A DNA stretch of 64,000 nucleotides from an uncultured Singulisphaera sp. (GCA_964356445.1 CAYHHO010000001.1:1725-65724); one strand, 5' to 3'; shown: positions 53,423 through 62,649, counted from the first letter of the stretch. Translations and numbers: made by a program. The notes: generated by a model from the sequence alone, not told the origin.

Positions 53423-54421
53423 TCATCGGGCTTCTCTCGCCACACGAAATCCGTATGCGGGACTACCTGGCGCTGCTTCGATACGAGCGGAAGCGCGGCA
53501 GACCCGAGGCAGACTCAGCCAATTCCCCCCACGAAGCACACGCGAATTGCCTGATGTTGGACCCTTTGGGTCAGACACGCTTGCGCCAGCCTTGGAATAG
53601 GCATCCGCATCGAAATAGTCGCCGCACCACTCCCACACGTTTCCGAGCATGTCGTGCATCCCAAAGGCATTGGATGCCATTGTTCCCACCAGATGGGGAT
53701 GATCCTCTGAGTTCGCACCGCACCATGCGATGACCTCGAGCGCGCCGTAGGTCGGTGTGGTCGTGCCCGCACGACAGGCGTATTCCCACTGCGCTTCGCT
53801 CGGAAGTTGCAAACTCGTCTTCGCGAGGAACGCCTGCAATTCGGCTTCGGTCATCGACTCGACGGGCCATTTCGCCGTGCTGTCGAAGTTCGTTCTGGCA
53901 GGACCAAGTTTCTCCTGCGCTTCACGGCGTGTGATGCCGGTGGCCACGAGTTTCGCGATTTCCGCTTCGCGCTCGAACTCTGCGTCCGCTTGGAAAGTGG
54001 ACTGTTGAAAGCGACTTGGGTTCTCTGGCATCGCTTTCAACCACTGCTCCTGCGTGACTTCGTTGCGCGAGAGATAGAACGGACGAGAAATGACCACTTC
54101 GTGCGCAGGCTTCTCGCTCGCAGTCGCATCTGCGTCGCCATCGCTCGCGCCCATGACGAATGTCCCAGGGGGGATCAACAGCATCTCGATTCCGCAGGTG
54201 AGGTCACGGACGCGCCATGGCAATCCAGTGGCAGCGATGCGCTTTCGAATTTCGGGATCGGCGATCACCCTCGAATCGGGGGCTGCCTCAAGCGCGAGTG
54301 CCCACGCCGGTGACTGTTGCACTGGCTCAGACGCCATCGCGGAATCGTTTGCAGCATCGCTTATCACAACCAACGATGCCGCGATCGCAACACCCGATAG
54401 GACCCGCGAGGCGAAGTTCAT
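53423..54421 (-). CDS. exported FGE/SUMF1-fold protein, paralogue 3
   Basis: Signal 'MNFASRVLSGVAIAASLVVISDAANDSAMA'. 'EKPAHEVVISRPFYLSRNEVTQEQW', 'LPSEAQWEYACRAG', 'NAFGMHDMLGNVWEWCGDYF', 'RVLRGGNW' and 'YGFRVAR'. Confidence 0.85.
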   Translation of the reverse strand: MNFASRVLSGVAIAASLVVISDAANDSAMASEPVQQSPAWALALEAAPDSRVIADPEIRKRIAATGLPWRVRDLTCGIEMLLIPPGTFVMGASDGDADATASEKPAHEVVISRPFYLSRNEVTQEQWLKAMPENPSRFQQSTFQADAEFEREAEIAKLVATGITRREAQEKLGPARTNFDSTAKWPVESMTEAELQAFLAKTSLQLPSEAQWEYACRAGTTTPTYGALEVIAWCGANSEDHPHLVGTMASNAFGMHDMLGNVWEWCGDYFDADAYSKAGASVSDPKGPTSGNSRVLRGGNWLSLPRVCRASARIEAAPGSPAYGFRVAREAR

Positions 54422-54483
54422 GGGTGGGCAGTCTAACGGTTTGAAGTCCGCCTCGGGGATGGACGCATCTCTATCCTGTCGGC

Positions 54484-55266
54484 GTGCGACGACCGTGCGG
54501 ATTCCTCACTTGCATCGCCGCACTCGCGCTCATTGCCTGTGAAGGCGACAACAAGGGCATTCAAGGGCAATCGCACGAATCGCCGAGCCCCACTCGATCG
54601 CCTGCCGATCCACCACCCTCAGGCGCGTATCACGATGCATCCCCTACCGCAGACGGAATCGGTCGAACCTACTTCGGGCGCGAGATCGCTCAAGTCATGG
54701 GGCACAGTGCGATCGATTGGCTTGAACGATCAGGCCGCGCGTCGCACGAACACACGGACGCGCTGCTCAAACTGCTGAACCTGAACGACGGTCTCGATGT
54801 CGCTGACATCGGTGCCGGAAGCGGCTACTTCACACTGCCGATCGCACGGGCCATCGCACCGAGCGGGAAGATCTACGCGGTCGACATTCAGCAAGAGATG
54901 CTCGATTTTCTGGTCGCACGAGCACACAGCGGAAACGTTTCGAACATCGTGGCGATTCTCGGAAGCGTCGACGACATCTCACTTCCGAATGAGAGCGTCG
55001 ATCTCGTTCTCCTCGTCGATGCCTATCACGAGTTCGACCACCCATGGGAGATGGCGCGGTCGATTCGCCGCGCGCTTCGCGTCGGCGGTCGCGTCGCGCT
55101 CGTCGAATACCGCGCAGAGGATCCGCTGGTGGAGATCAAGCCGCTTCACAAGATGAGCGAATCTCAGGCGCGCCTAGAGTGGACTGCCGCAGGATTCGAG
55201 TTTGAACGCAACGATTCGACTCTGCCCATGCAACACCTTCTTTGGTTTCGAAAGACATCACCATGA
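54484..55266 (+). CDS. class I SAM-dependent methyltransferase fold with lipoprotein signal
   Basis: GTG start. 'FLTCIAALALIAC|E' lipobox. Motif I 'VADIGAGSGYFTLPIA', 'IYAVDIQ' and 'VDLVLLVDAYHEF'. ATGA overlap with the next gene. Confidence 0.75.
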   Translation: MRRPCGFLTCIAALALIACEGDNKGIQGQSHESPSPTRSPADPPPSGAYHDASPTADGIGRTYFGREIAQVMGHSAIDWLERSGRASHEHTDALLKLLNLNDGLDVADIGAGSGYFTLPIARAIAPSGKIYAVDIQQEMLDFLVARAHSGNVSNIVAILGSVDDISLPNESVDLVLLVDAYHEFDHPWEMARSIRRALRVGGRVALVEYRAEDPLVEIKPLHKMSESQARLEWTAAGFEFERNDSTLPMQHLLWFRKTSP

Positions 55267-58200
55267 GGTTCCACACACTCATCGTTCTCTCGCTCGCCTG
55301 CACGGCATCCGCTGGTGAGGGAGACGTGCTTCCCTTCGACGGCGCAACCCTCAACGGCTGGGATGGCGACAAGTCGTACTGGACCGTCGAAGATGGCTGC
55401 ATCGTCGGCCGATCGACACCCGAGCACCCGCTCGCGCCGAGCACCTATCTCGTGTGGACAGGCGACATGCCACAAGACTTCGACCTCCACTGCAAGGTCA
55501 AGCTGACGGGTGGCAACAGCGGCATCCACTATCGAAGTCGGCGCGTCGATGGTCAGGCAGACATGGCGGGATTCCAAGCGGACTTCGATGCCAACAACAG
55601 TTACACGGGCGTGCTCTATGAAGGACTCGGCCGCGAACTCATGAGCGCGCGCGGCGAGCAGGTCGAGTTTTCGCCGGCCGGCAAGCGCGTCGTCGCGCAG
55701 TTCGCGCCCAGCAGTGCCCTCGTCAGGGTGATCCGGACAGGCGGGTGGAATGACGTTCGAATCGAGGCGCGCGGAACTCGTGTTCGCCACTGGATCAACC
55801 ATGTCTTGATGTCCGATGTGACCGACGGCGATGCGTCGCGCTTTCGACGCGATGGAAGTCTTGCGTTTCAACTGCACCAAGGTCCTCCGATGGAAGTTCG
55901 CTTTCGCGACCTCGTGGTCACGCCGATTCTCTCTGCGCCGCCAGCAGCGAGCCTGACGCTCCCGCCGGGATTCACTGCCGAACTTCTCGCGAGCGCGCAG
56001 CCAGGTCAGGGCAGTTGGGTGTGCATCGCATTCGATGCGCAAGGTCGAGCTGCGATCTCGCCGCAGGATGGCGGACCGATGATGGCGTGGATCCCGGGTG
56101 TCAGCCGCAACAATGACGCAAGTGCGTGGAGTGGCACCACCACCGAAGTTCGTCCGCTCGATGCGCCGATTCGTGGCGCGCAGGGTCTTTGCTTCGTCGA
56201 CGGCGAACTCTGGGTCAACGGTGCCGGCACGGATGGAAGTTTGGCACTCTGGCGCATGCGCGACACGGACGCCAACGGATCATTCGAGAGTGCCACATGC
56301 GTGGTGCCGTACTCGGGCGACGCGGGTGAGCACGGTCCGCACGCGGTCGTGAAAGGCCCGGACGGTGCGCTCTATGTTGCGCTCGGCAATCACACGAAAG
56401 TCCCGCCATCGATCGTGCAGTATTCGACGGACGAAACTCCCGGGCGCGCAGCGGGATCTCCGCACGACTACTTCGGCGAAGATCGAATCGACGCGCGCAT
56501 GTGGGATCCACGCGGGCACGCAGTCGGCGTCTTTTCGCCTGGGGGCATCGTGCTGCGGGTGAATCCAACTGCAGCTGCAGCCGAATTGCCGACTGTTTTC
56601 GCCGGCGGGTTCCGAAACGCGTACGACCACTGCTTCAACGCGGACGGCGAGCTGTTCACTTACGACAGCGACATGGAGTGGGACATCGGCGCACCCTGGT
56701 ACCGCGCGCCGCGCATCGCGCATGTGGTGCAAGGCGGCGACTACGGCTGGCGAAGCGGAAGCGCTGCGATGCCCGACTGGTATCCCGACACGCTTCCTCC
56801 AGCGTGCGAGACAGACTCTGCGTCGCCGACTGGGATGCTCGCGGGGTTCGATGGTGGTTTCCCAGCGCCGTGGAAGAACATGATCTTCGCTGCGGACTGG
56901 ACATACGGTCGCATCCTTGCGGTGACGCTGACTCCAACCGGCTCGACTTACTCGGCGTCGTGGCAGCCCTTCATCACTGGACGCCCGATGCCAGTCGCAG
57001 ACATGGCGTGGGGACCGGACGGCGCTATGTACATCGTGACAGGCGGGCGAGGAACGCAAAGTGGGCTGTACAGAGTCAGCGCGACTGCGGATGGGAGCGC
57101 GAGTACGTCGCCGACCGCAGCGGCATCGGCGCCAGACATGCGAGGTACGCGAGAGATAGAGTCCGAAAAACTCCGAGCGCTCAGGCGTTCGATCGAATCG
57201 CATACGCCTGCACTTGGCGCGCTGCTGGAACTCCTCAAGAGCGATGATCGATTCGTGCAGGACGCCGCGCGTGTCGAACTCGAGCATCGACCGATCGAGT
57301 CGTGGCGCGGACTGATCGGGGCGCTGACATCAAAGCGGGCGAGGCTCGCTGGTTCGCTCGCGCTCGTGCGGGTCGGCACGACCGATGATGCCAAGCAAGC
57401 GTGCGAGATGGCGGCCGAGTCGATGCGATCGCCGGATCCGACCAATCTCAGCGACAACGATGCCGTCGTCGCGATTCGCATCGCAGAGATTGCGGTAGCG
57501 CGTCACAGGAATCTCGCAACAGAAGCCAGCGTTCTCGAGATCGCGCACGTCGAGCTTCGGCGGGTGGCGAATTCGCCGACACACGACGGCCCTCCCTCAT
57601 GGATTGCACTTGAACTTGGCGGCGCACTCGGCCTTCCCGCGACGATTCCGCTGGCGATGGCTGCGCTCGAGCGCGCACCCGATCGCAGCGAGGCGCTTCG
57701 GTACGTCTCATTGCTGAGACATGTGAAGGACGGATGGGACCATGACACAGGCGCACGCGCGCGCTACTGGGAGTGGCTCGGCAGCGCTAGCACTCGCGCT
57801 GGAGGATTCAGCCTCTCCGGCTTCATTGACCACATTCGCGCTGATGCGGCAACAACGGTCGGCAAGCCGCCGCAGGAGACGACGGCGACCGCCAACGCTC
57901 CAACCACGAGTCACCCCGCATTCGCGACAGTCAACTCGACCCTGCACGACTGGAAGGTCGCAGACTTCGAAGACGCCATCGCCTCCGACGACTTCGCGAC
58001 GTCGCAGCGCGACATCGCACGCGGCTCGCGCATCTTCCGCGAGGCGACCTGCATCCTCTGCCATCGATTCGCGGGGGATGGTTCGACCGTAGGACCAGAC
58101 CTCACCGGTCTCGGCGGGCGATTCTCGCGGCGCGACATCCTTGCTGCGATCGTGGATCCTTCGGCAGTCGTCTCGGACCAATACCGCGACAGCCTCATCG

Positions 58201-58448
58201 AATTGAAGGACGGTTCGATCATCGTGGGCAGGATCGTGGGCGACTCGGCACAGTCGCTTCAGGTGCGCACGAACCCGCTCACTGAGGACGTAGAACAGGT
58301 TGCGAAAAGCGATATCGCATCAAGAAGCGAGGTCCCGACCTCGAGCATGCCCGGCAACCTCGTGAGTTCCAGAACTCGCGACGAGGTGTTGGACCTGCTG
58401 GCGTACCTCTTGGTGGGCTCAGGGTCTGCCAAAGCTCAAAAGAATTGA
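55263..58448 (+). CDS. DUF1080 / beta-propeller / HEAT / cytochrome c multidomain protein (PVC-type membrane-bound dehydrogenase family)
   Basis: Signal 'MRFHTLIVLSLACTASA'. DUF1080-like 'LNGWDGDKSYWTVEDGCIVGRS...NSGIHYRS...EVRFRDLVV'. A central glucose/sorbosone-dehydrogenase-like propeller region, then a helical repeat region. C-terminal heme c site 'CILCH' followed by 'GPDLTG'. Confidence 0.8.
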   Translation: MRFHTLIVLSLACTASAGEGDVLPFDGATLNGWDGDKSYWTVEDGCIVGRSTPEHPLAPSTYLVWTGDMPQDFDLHCKVKLTGGNSGIHYRSRRVDGQADMAGFQADFDANNSYTGVLYEGLGRELMSARGEQVEFSPAGKRVVAQFAPSSALVRVIRTGGWNDVRIEARGTRVRHWINHVLMSDVTDGDASRFRRDGSLAFQLHQGPPMEVRFRDLVVTPILSAPPAASLTLPPGFTAELLASAQPGQGSWVCIAFDAQGRAAISPQDGGPMMAWIPGVSRNNDASAWSGTTTEVRPLDAPIRGAQGLCFVDGELWVNGAGTDGSLALWRMRDTDANGSFESATCVVPYSGDAGEHGPHAVVKGPDGALYVALGNHTKVPPSIVQYSTDETPGRAAGSPHDYFGEDRIDARMWDPRGHAVGVFSPGGIVLRVNPTAAAAELPTVFAGGFRNAYDHCFNADGELFTYDSDMEWDIGAPWYRAPRIAHVVQGGDYGWRSGSAAMPDWYPDTLPPACETDSASPTGMLAGFDGGFPAPWKNMIFAADWTYGRILAVTLTPTGSTYSASWQPFITGRPMPVADMAWGPDGAMYIVTGGRGTQSGLYRVSATADGSASTSPTAAASAPDMRGTREIESEKLRALRRSIESHTPALGALLELLKSDDRFVQDAARVELEHRPIESWRGLIGALTSKRARLAGSLALVRVGTTDDAKQACEMAAESMRSPDPTNLSDNDAVVAIRIAEIAVARHRNLATEASVLEIAHVELRRVANSPTHDGPPSWIALELGGALGLPATIPLAMAALERAPDRSEALRYVSLLRHVKDGWDHDTGARARYWEWLGSASTRAGGFSLSGFIDHIRADAATTVGKPPQETTATANAPTTSHPAFATVNSTLHDWKVADFEDAIASDDFATSQRDIARGSRIFREATCILCHRFAGDGSTVGPDLTGLGGRFSRRDILAAIVDPSAVVSDQYRDSLIELKDGSIIVGRIVGDSAQSLQVRTNPLTEDVEQVAKSDIASRSEVPTSSMPGNLVSSRTRDEVLDLLAYLLVGSGSAKAQKN

Positions 58449-58546
58449 CAAAATTGGCTCGCCTCGGCGATTCCCGAATTGAAGTCCTCCAAATCGGGAT
58501 TATTCTTGACCTAGTCCCGTCGGTCCCAATCCAGAGGAGAGAACCC

Positions 58547-60766
58547 ATGCGCATTGCTTACGCCATTGCTCTATCGCTTGCGTCGAGTGCCCTTGCCACC
58601 GTTGATGGTGCTGACGGCCACGGTCCGCTCGGACCGATCAACGCCGAGATCACACCCGAACCGACTCTGACCGACCGCTTTGGCGTCTGGTTCATCCCCG
58701 CCCCTGAAGTAGTGATGCCTGCGATGGACATGACGGGTTACCTCCAAGAGGACGCGCTCGCAGACAAGAGCGGTGTGTTCCGATTCGCCATCGAACGATG
58801 GGTCGACTTGTCGATCGCGGATGGACAGTGGATCGATGTCCTAGGCGGTCGCATATGGCGCGTTGACATTCGAATGGACGGCGCGCTCAGTTCGAGGCTG
58901 CACGTCTCTGGACTCAACCTCGCCGAAGGTCACGAACTCGCACTCGTCAGCCCAGAGAGCGAGCAGCCACTCACCGGCATCCTCACTGGCACAGGCGAGT
59001 TTGGCACAGGTGAGGCATACGGAATCTGCACTCCATCGACACTCGCTCGAATCGAATGGTTTGTGCCGACAGACTCTCCTGCGAAGGAGTTGCCCTTTGT
59101 GTCCGTCGCGAATGCGTACGGATACCGCGATGTGTTCGATATCTTTCAACAACTCGGCGGAACCTGCTCACTGAATCCTGCGTGCTACGCAGCATGGCTC
59201 AATGAATCAAACGCGACGTGCAAATTGACGTTTACGAGCGGAGGGGGCAGTTATCTCTGCTCCGGTCAGTTGATCGCTTCAACCGCTGCAGACGAGACTC
59301 CATACGCGGCCACCGCGAATCACTGCATTAGCACGACCGCGGAAGCCAACAGCGCTGCGTTCATCTTTTTCAATCGATCGGCTTGCACGGGCGGCAACTC
59401 GGCGGGAACAACAGTGAGCGGAGCTGACATCACAGCGACAAGCGCAACAAGCGACTGCAGTTTGCTCATGCTGCGTGGCGCACTGCCGACTGGCGTGTAC
59501 TGGTCGGGGTGGATCAACACCAATCCAGCCACAAACACAGCATCGACTGGACTCCATCACCCTTCGGGCACTGCGCAGGCGATTTCGTTCGGCGTCAAGA
59601 ACGCCGGCTCGTACAACTGCTCGTCGCCACAAACCAACTGGAATTCGCTCTCGTGGAACAATGGCATCACTGAGGGCGGCTCGTCAGGATCCGCGATCTA
59701 CCGCGACAGCGATCACAAGATGTATGGCGTGCTCACGTGCGGAGTGAGCTCGTGCTCGTTTACGAGCGGCGACGACGGATACGGCCGATGGGACGTCGCG
59801 GCAAACACCACCGCGTTCTCGACTCCCCTTGCGGCTGGAAGTGATGACGCGCAAGAACCGAATGACACTTGTGCTGCACCGAGGGTTCTCGGCGCTGGCA
59901 CCTACAACTCGCTGGTCGTGAAGCGCCTCGACGAAGACTGGTACTCGCTCAATGTCGGTGTCGGTTCGACGCTCAGCGGCACGTTCACTTACACCCACGC
60001 CAACGGCGACATCGACCTCGAACTCTTCAACGCTTGCGGAACGACTGCCGTGCTTGTGCGAAACGGGAATGTCAACAACGAGACGCTCTCGTACACGAAT
60101 CCAGGACCTGGGACGACGCTTCTGCTTCGCGTCTTCCTCGCAAGCGATACGCGCAACGACTACTCGATGGTGCTCACCCTTCCGGTGACTGCGCCAGCCA
60201 ATGACAATTGCACGACGGCAACTGCAGTCGGCGCTGGTGCGTTTGCGTTCAACACCACGAATGCAACGACCGTGACACCGACGCTTCCTGTCGCGTGCGA
60301 CGAGGGTGCTGGCATCGCCATCAATAAAGATGTCTGGTTCAAGTACACCGCCGCGTGCGCCGGAACTGCGACTGCGAGCACCTGCGGCAACGCTGCGTTC
60401 GACACCCGAATTGCCGTCTACGGCGGAGCGTCCTGCCCGACAGCTGCCACCCCTGTCAGTGCATGCTCGGACAATGCAGCGGGTTGCGCCTCTTCCACAA
60501 GCAAGGCATCTTGGGCTGTGACCGCTGGCAGCCTCTGGTATGTCCGCGTCGGATCACCAGGTGCAACGAGCGGCACCGGCACACTCACCATGAGTTGCGC
60601 CGTGACCTGCCCCGCTGATCGCAACGGCGACCATTTCGTCGACGGAGCCGACCTCGGAGCAGTCCTCGGCGCTTGGGCCACCGGCGGCGGAGATGTCAAC
60701 GGCGACGGTTACACAGATGGTGCGGATCTCAGCGTGCTTCTCGGCGCATGGGGTGCGTGCCCGTAA
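58547..60766 (+). CDS. secreted S1-type (lysyl/glutamyl-endopeptidase-like) serine protease / PPC domain / Cys module / dockerin-like module
   Basis: GAGGAG before ATG 58547. Signal 'MRIAYAIALSLASSALA'. Catalytic His 'ATANHC' and catalytic Ser 'ITEGGSSGSAIY'. Pre-peptidase C-terminal domain 'EPNDTCAAPRVLGAGTYNSLVVKRLDEDWYSLNV...NGDIDLELF'. Cys module at nt ~60191-60600. Terminal 'DRNGDHFVDGADLGAVLGAWATGGGDVNGDGYTDGADLSVLLGAWGACP*'. Confidence 0.8.
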   Translation: MRIAYAIALSLASSALATVDGADGHGPLGPINAEITPEPTLTDRFGVWFIPAPEVVMPAMDMTGYLQEDALADKSGVFRFAIERWVDLSIADGQWIDVLGGRIWRVDIRMDGALSSRLHVSGLNLAEGHELALVSPESEQPLTGILTGTGEFGTGEAYGICTPSTLARIEWFVPTDSPAKELPFVSVANAYGYRDVFDIFQQLGGTCSLNPACYAAWLNESNATCKLTFTSGGGSYLCSGQLIASTAADETPYAATANHCISTTAEANSAAFIFFNRSACTGGNSAGTTVSGADITATSATSDCSLLMLRGALPTGVYWSGWINTNPATNTASTGLHHPSGTAQAISFGVKNAGSYNCSSPQTNWNSLSWNNGITEGGSSGSAIYRDSDHKMYGVLTCGVSSCSFTSGDDGYGRWDVAANTTAFSTPLAAGSDDAQEPNDTCAAPRVLGAGTYNSLVVKRLDEDWYSLNVGVGSTLSGTFTYTHANGDIDLELFNACGTTAVLVRNGNVNNETLSYTNPGPGTTLLLRVFLASDTRNDYSMVLTLPVTAPANDNCTTATAVGAGAFAFNTTNATTVTPTLPVACDEGAGIAINKDVWFKYTAACAGTATASTCGNAAFDTRIAVYGGASCPTAATPVSACSDNAAGCASSTSKASWAVTAGSLWYVRVGSPGATSGTGTLTMSCAVTCPADRNGDHFVDGADLGAVLGAWATGGGDVNGDGYTDGADLSVLLGAWGACP

Positions 60767-60808
60767 GAGTTTGGAATTCATCTTTCAGTTTTCCTTCGAG
60801 GAGATTCA

Positions 60809-62626
60809 GTGAAAAACGCAAGATCTGCGATCGGCGCGGTTGTTCTCGGGACAAGCGCGGTACTGCTGGGCACTTTCTCCACGTCGCTGGAGAACCCAGC
60901 CCACGCGCGCCGAGGTGATGGCGGAGTTGCGGGTGGCGGCACGGACTGCGCCAGCGCTCCCGCAGCGATCATCGGCAGCAATGCGTTCAACACATCGTCG
61001 GCGACTGCATCGCTGGTGGTGAACTCGGGCGCTGGATGCTCCACCCACACGATCTACAAGGTCAACTACTTCACATTTACGACGACAGAGGCTGGAAACT
61101 ATTCCTTCTCGACCTGCGACGCCGAGACCTGGGACACGCGCATCGCAGTGCTCTCGACCTGCGGCGCGAGCCAGGTGCCTGTGCTATGCAACGATGACGC
61201 CTGCAACTATCAGAGCACCGCGACGGGCGCGCTCGCAGCAAGCACGACCTACCGCGTGGCTGTCGGCGGCTACGGCAGTGCAGACGGCGGCGCGGGCGCG
61301 ATCACGATCGCATTTACTGGCTCGGGTGGCGGCGGCGGTGGCACCAACGGACCCGACGTGATCGTTGGCGCGATCCCCGACGTTGCCAAGTATGGAGGGG
61401 TGGTCGTCAGCGGCCAAACGATCATGGCGTACGCGATCGGCACGACGAGTTGCAACATCGGTGACGCGCTCCTCGACTGGTTCGCAGCACCAGACAATCG
61501 CCATCCGTTCATCCCGCAGAACTTCTACCGAATCAAGGGAGGACGCTGCGAGCAGATCGGCATGGGCTGGGGGAAGCACGGATTCACAGCACTGCAGGGT
61601 TCGCTATGCGGCGCGTGCACACCTTCATCGAGCGGAACATGGCTCGGAGTCGGTTGCTCAGATCCATACAGCGCTGGCTTGAATGGCAGCCAGAGCGGGC
61701 TCGGTTGCAGGTCAGAGGTCAATGCAGCTACCGGCGTCTTCCCAGGAACTCCCAATGCGGGCATGCCAGGCGCAGCGGCCACGATTGGTCGACGCATTCA
61801 GGTGAACGCAAATGACTTGAATCCCAGCATGAATGCCGGGGCGACTTACTTCGCCGAGGCGCAGTACATCCACCCGGGCGATGCTGCGGCGACCAACGAC
61901 GACAACAATGCGTCGTGGCGCGCCTTTACCGTTGGCTCGCTTGCGAGTGGGGCATACACGCTCACTCTCTCGGGTGCGACGATCCAACAGAAGTCTGCGC
62001 TGCAGGCGTGGCAGGCACTCGTGCCCGCGGTATCTCTGGTCAATGTTGATGTCGCAACTGACGGTCGCTTCACCGTTGCATCGCTCATCACCGACAATGG
62101 CAATGGAACGTGGCACTACGAGTACGCGGTCCAGAACATCAACAGCCACCGCGCAGCGCGGTCGTTCAGCGTGCCCGTGTCGACGGGAACGACGATCACC
62201 AACGTCGGATTCAAGGACATCGACTACCACTCAGGCGATCCGTTTGCAACGACGAATTGGACGAATGCGACAACGGGCGGAGCCATCACTTGGACAGGTG
62301 GCGACTACGCAGTCAGCGCCAACGGCAACGCACTTCGATTCGGCACGACCTACAACTTTTGGTTCGACGCGAATCAGGGTCCGGCCTCCACGAATGCGAC
62401 GATTGGGCTCTTCAGACCAGGCACAAGTCCAACCGTCATGTTTGCGCTTCAGGGTCCAGGTGGAACGCCGACCGATCCTGCAGATCTCAATAGTGATGGG
62501 CTCGTCAATGCCTTGGATTTGGCCATCTTGTTGAGTACTTGGGGAACCAGCAGCGGCGGCGACGTTGACGGAAACGGCACTGTCGATGCGGGAGACCTTG
62601 CGACGTTGCTCAGCCACTGGTCCTGA
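60809..62626 (+). CDS. secreted protein: N-terminal Cys module / large unknown domain / dockerin-like module
   Basis: GAGGAG before GTG 60809. Signal 'MKNARSAIGAVVLGTSAVLLGTFSTSLENPAHA'. The module 'GTDCASAPAAIIGSNAFNTSSATA...YKVNYFTFTTTEAGNYSFSTCDAETWDTRIAVLSTC...CNDDAC...YRVAVGGY' is shared with the neighbouring genes. Terminal 'DLNSDGLVNALDLAILLSTWGTSSGGDVDGNGTVDAGDLATLLSHWS*'. Confidence 0.75.
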   Translation: MKNARSAIGAVVLGTSAVLLGTFSTSLENPAHARRGDGGVAGGGTDCASAPAAIIGSNAFNTSSATASLVVNSGAGCSTHTIYKVNYFTFTTTEAGNYSFSTCDAETWDTRIAVLSTCGASQVPVLCNDDACNYQSTATGALAASTTYRVAVGGYGSADGGAGAITIAFTGSGGGGGGTNGPDVIVGAIPDVAKYGGVVVSGQTIMAYAIGTTSCNIGDALLDWFAAPDNRHPFIPQNFYRIKGGRCEQIGMGWGKHGFTALQGSLCGACTPSSSGTWLGVGCSDPYSAGLNGSQSGLGCRSEVNAATGVFPGTPNAGMPGAAATIGRRIQVNANDLNPSMNAGATYFAEAQYIHPGDAAATNDDNNASWRAFTVGSLASGAYTLTLSGATIQQKSALQAWQALVPAVSLVNVDVATDGRFTVASLITDNGNGTWHYEYAVQNINSHRAARSFSVPVSTGTTITNVGFKDIDYHSGDPFATTNWTNATTGGAITWTGGDYAVSANGNALRFGTTYNFWFDANQGPASTNATIGLFRPGTSPTVMFALQGPGGTPTDPADLNSDGLVNALDLAILLSTWGTSSGGDVDGNGTVDAGDLATLLSHWS

Positions 62627-62649
62627 CCGTCATCATTTCGCCTCAACGA

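Noticed and set aside
51135-54421. Diversity-generating retroelement (DGR) targeting the FGE/C-type-lectin-fold paralogues
   Set aside because: There is no reverse transcriptase, no accessory gene and no template repeat in the window. DNA differences between the paralogues' C-terminal regions are spread over all bases rather than being adenine-specific.
55164-57287. Minus-strand ORFs 55164-56042 (292 aa) and 56280-57287 (335 aa)
   Set aside because: They are antisense to the DUF1080/propeller/cytochrome c gene, and are Arg/His/Cys-rich translations without motifs.
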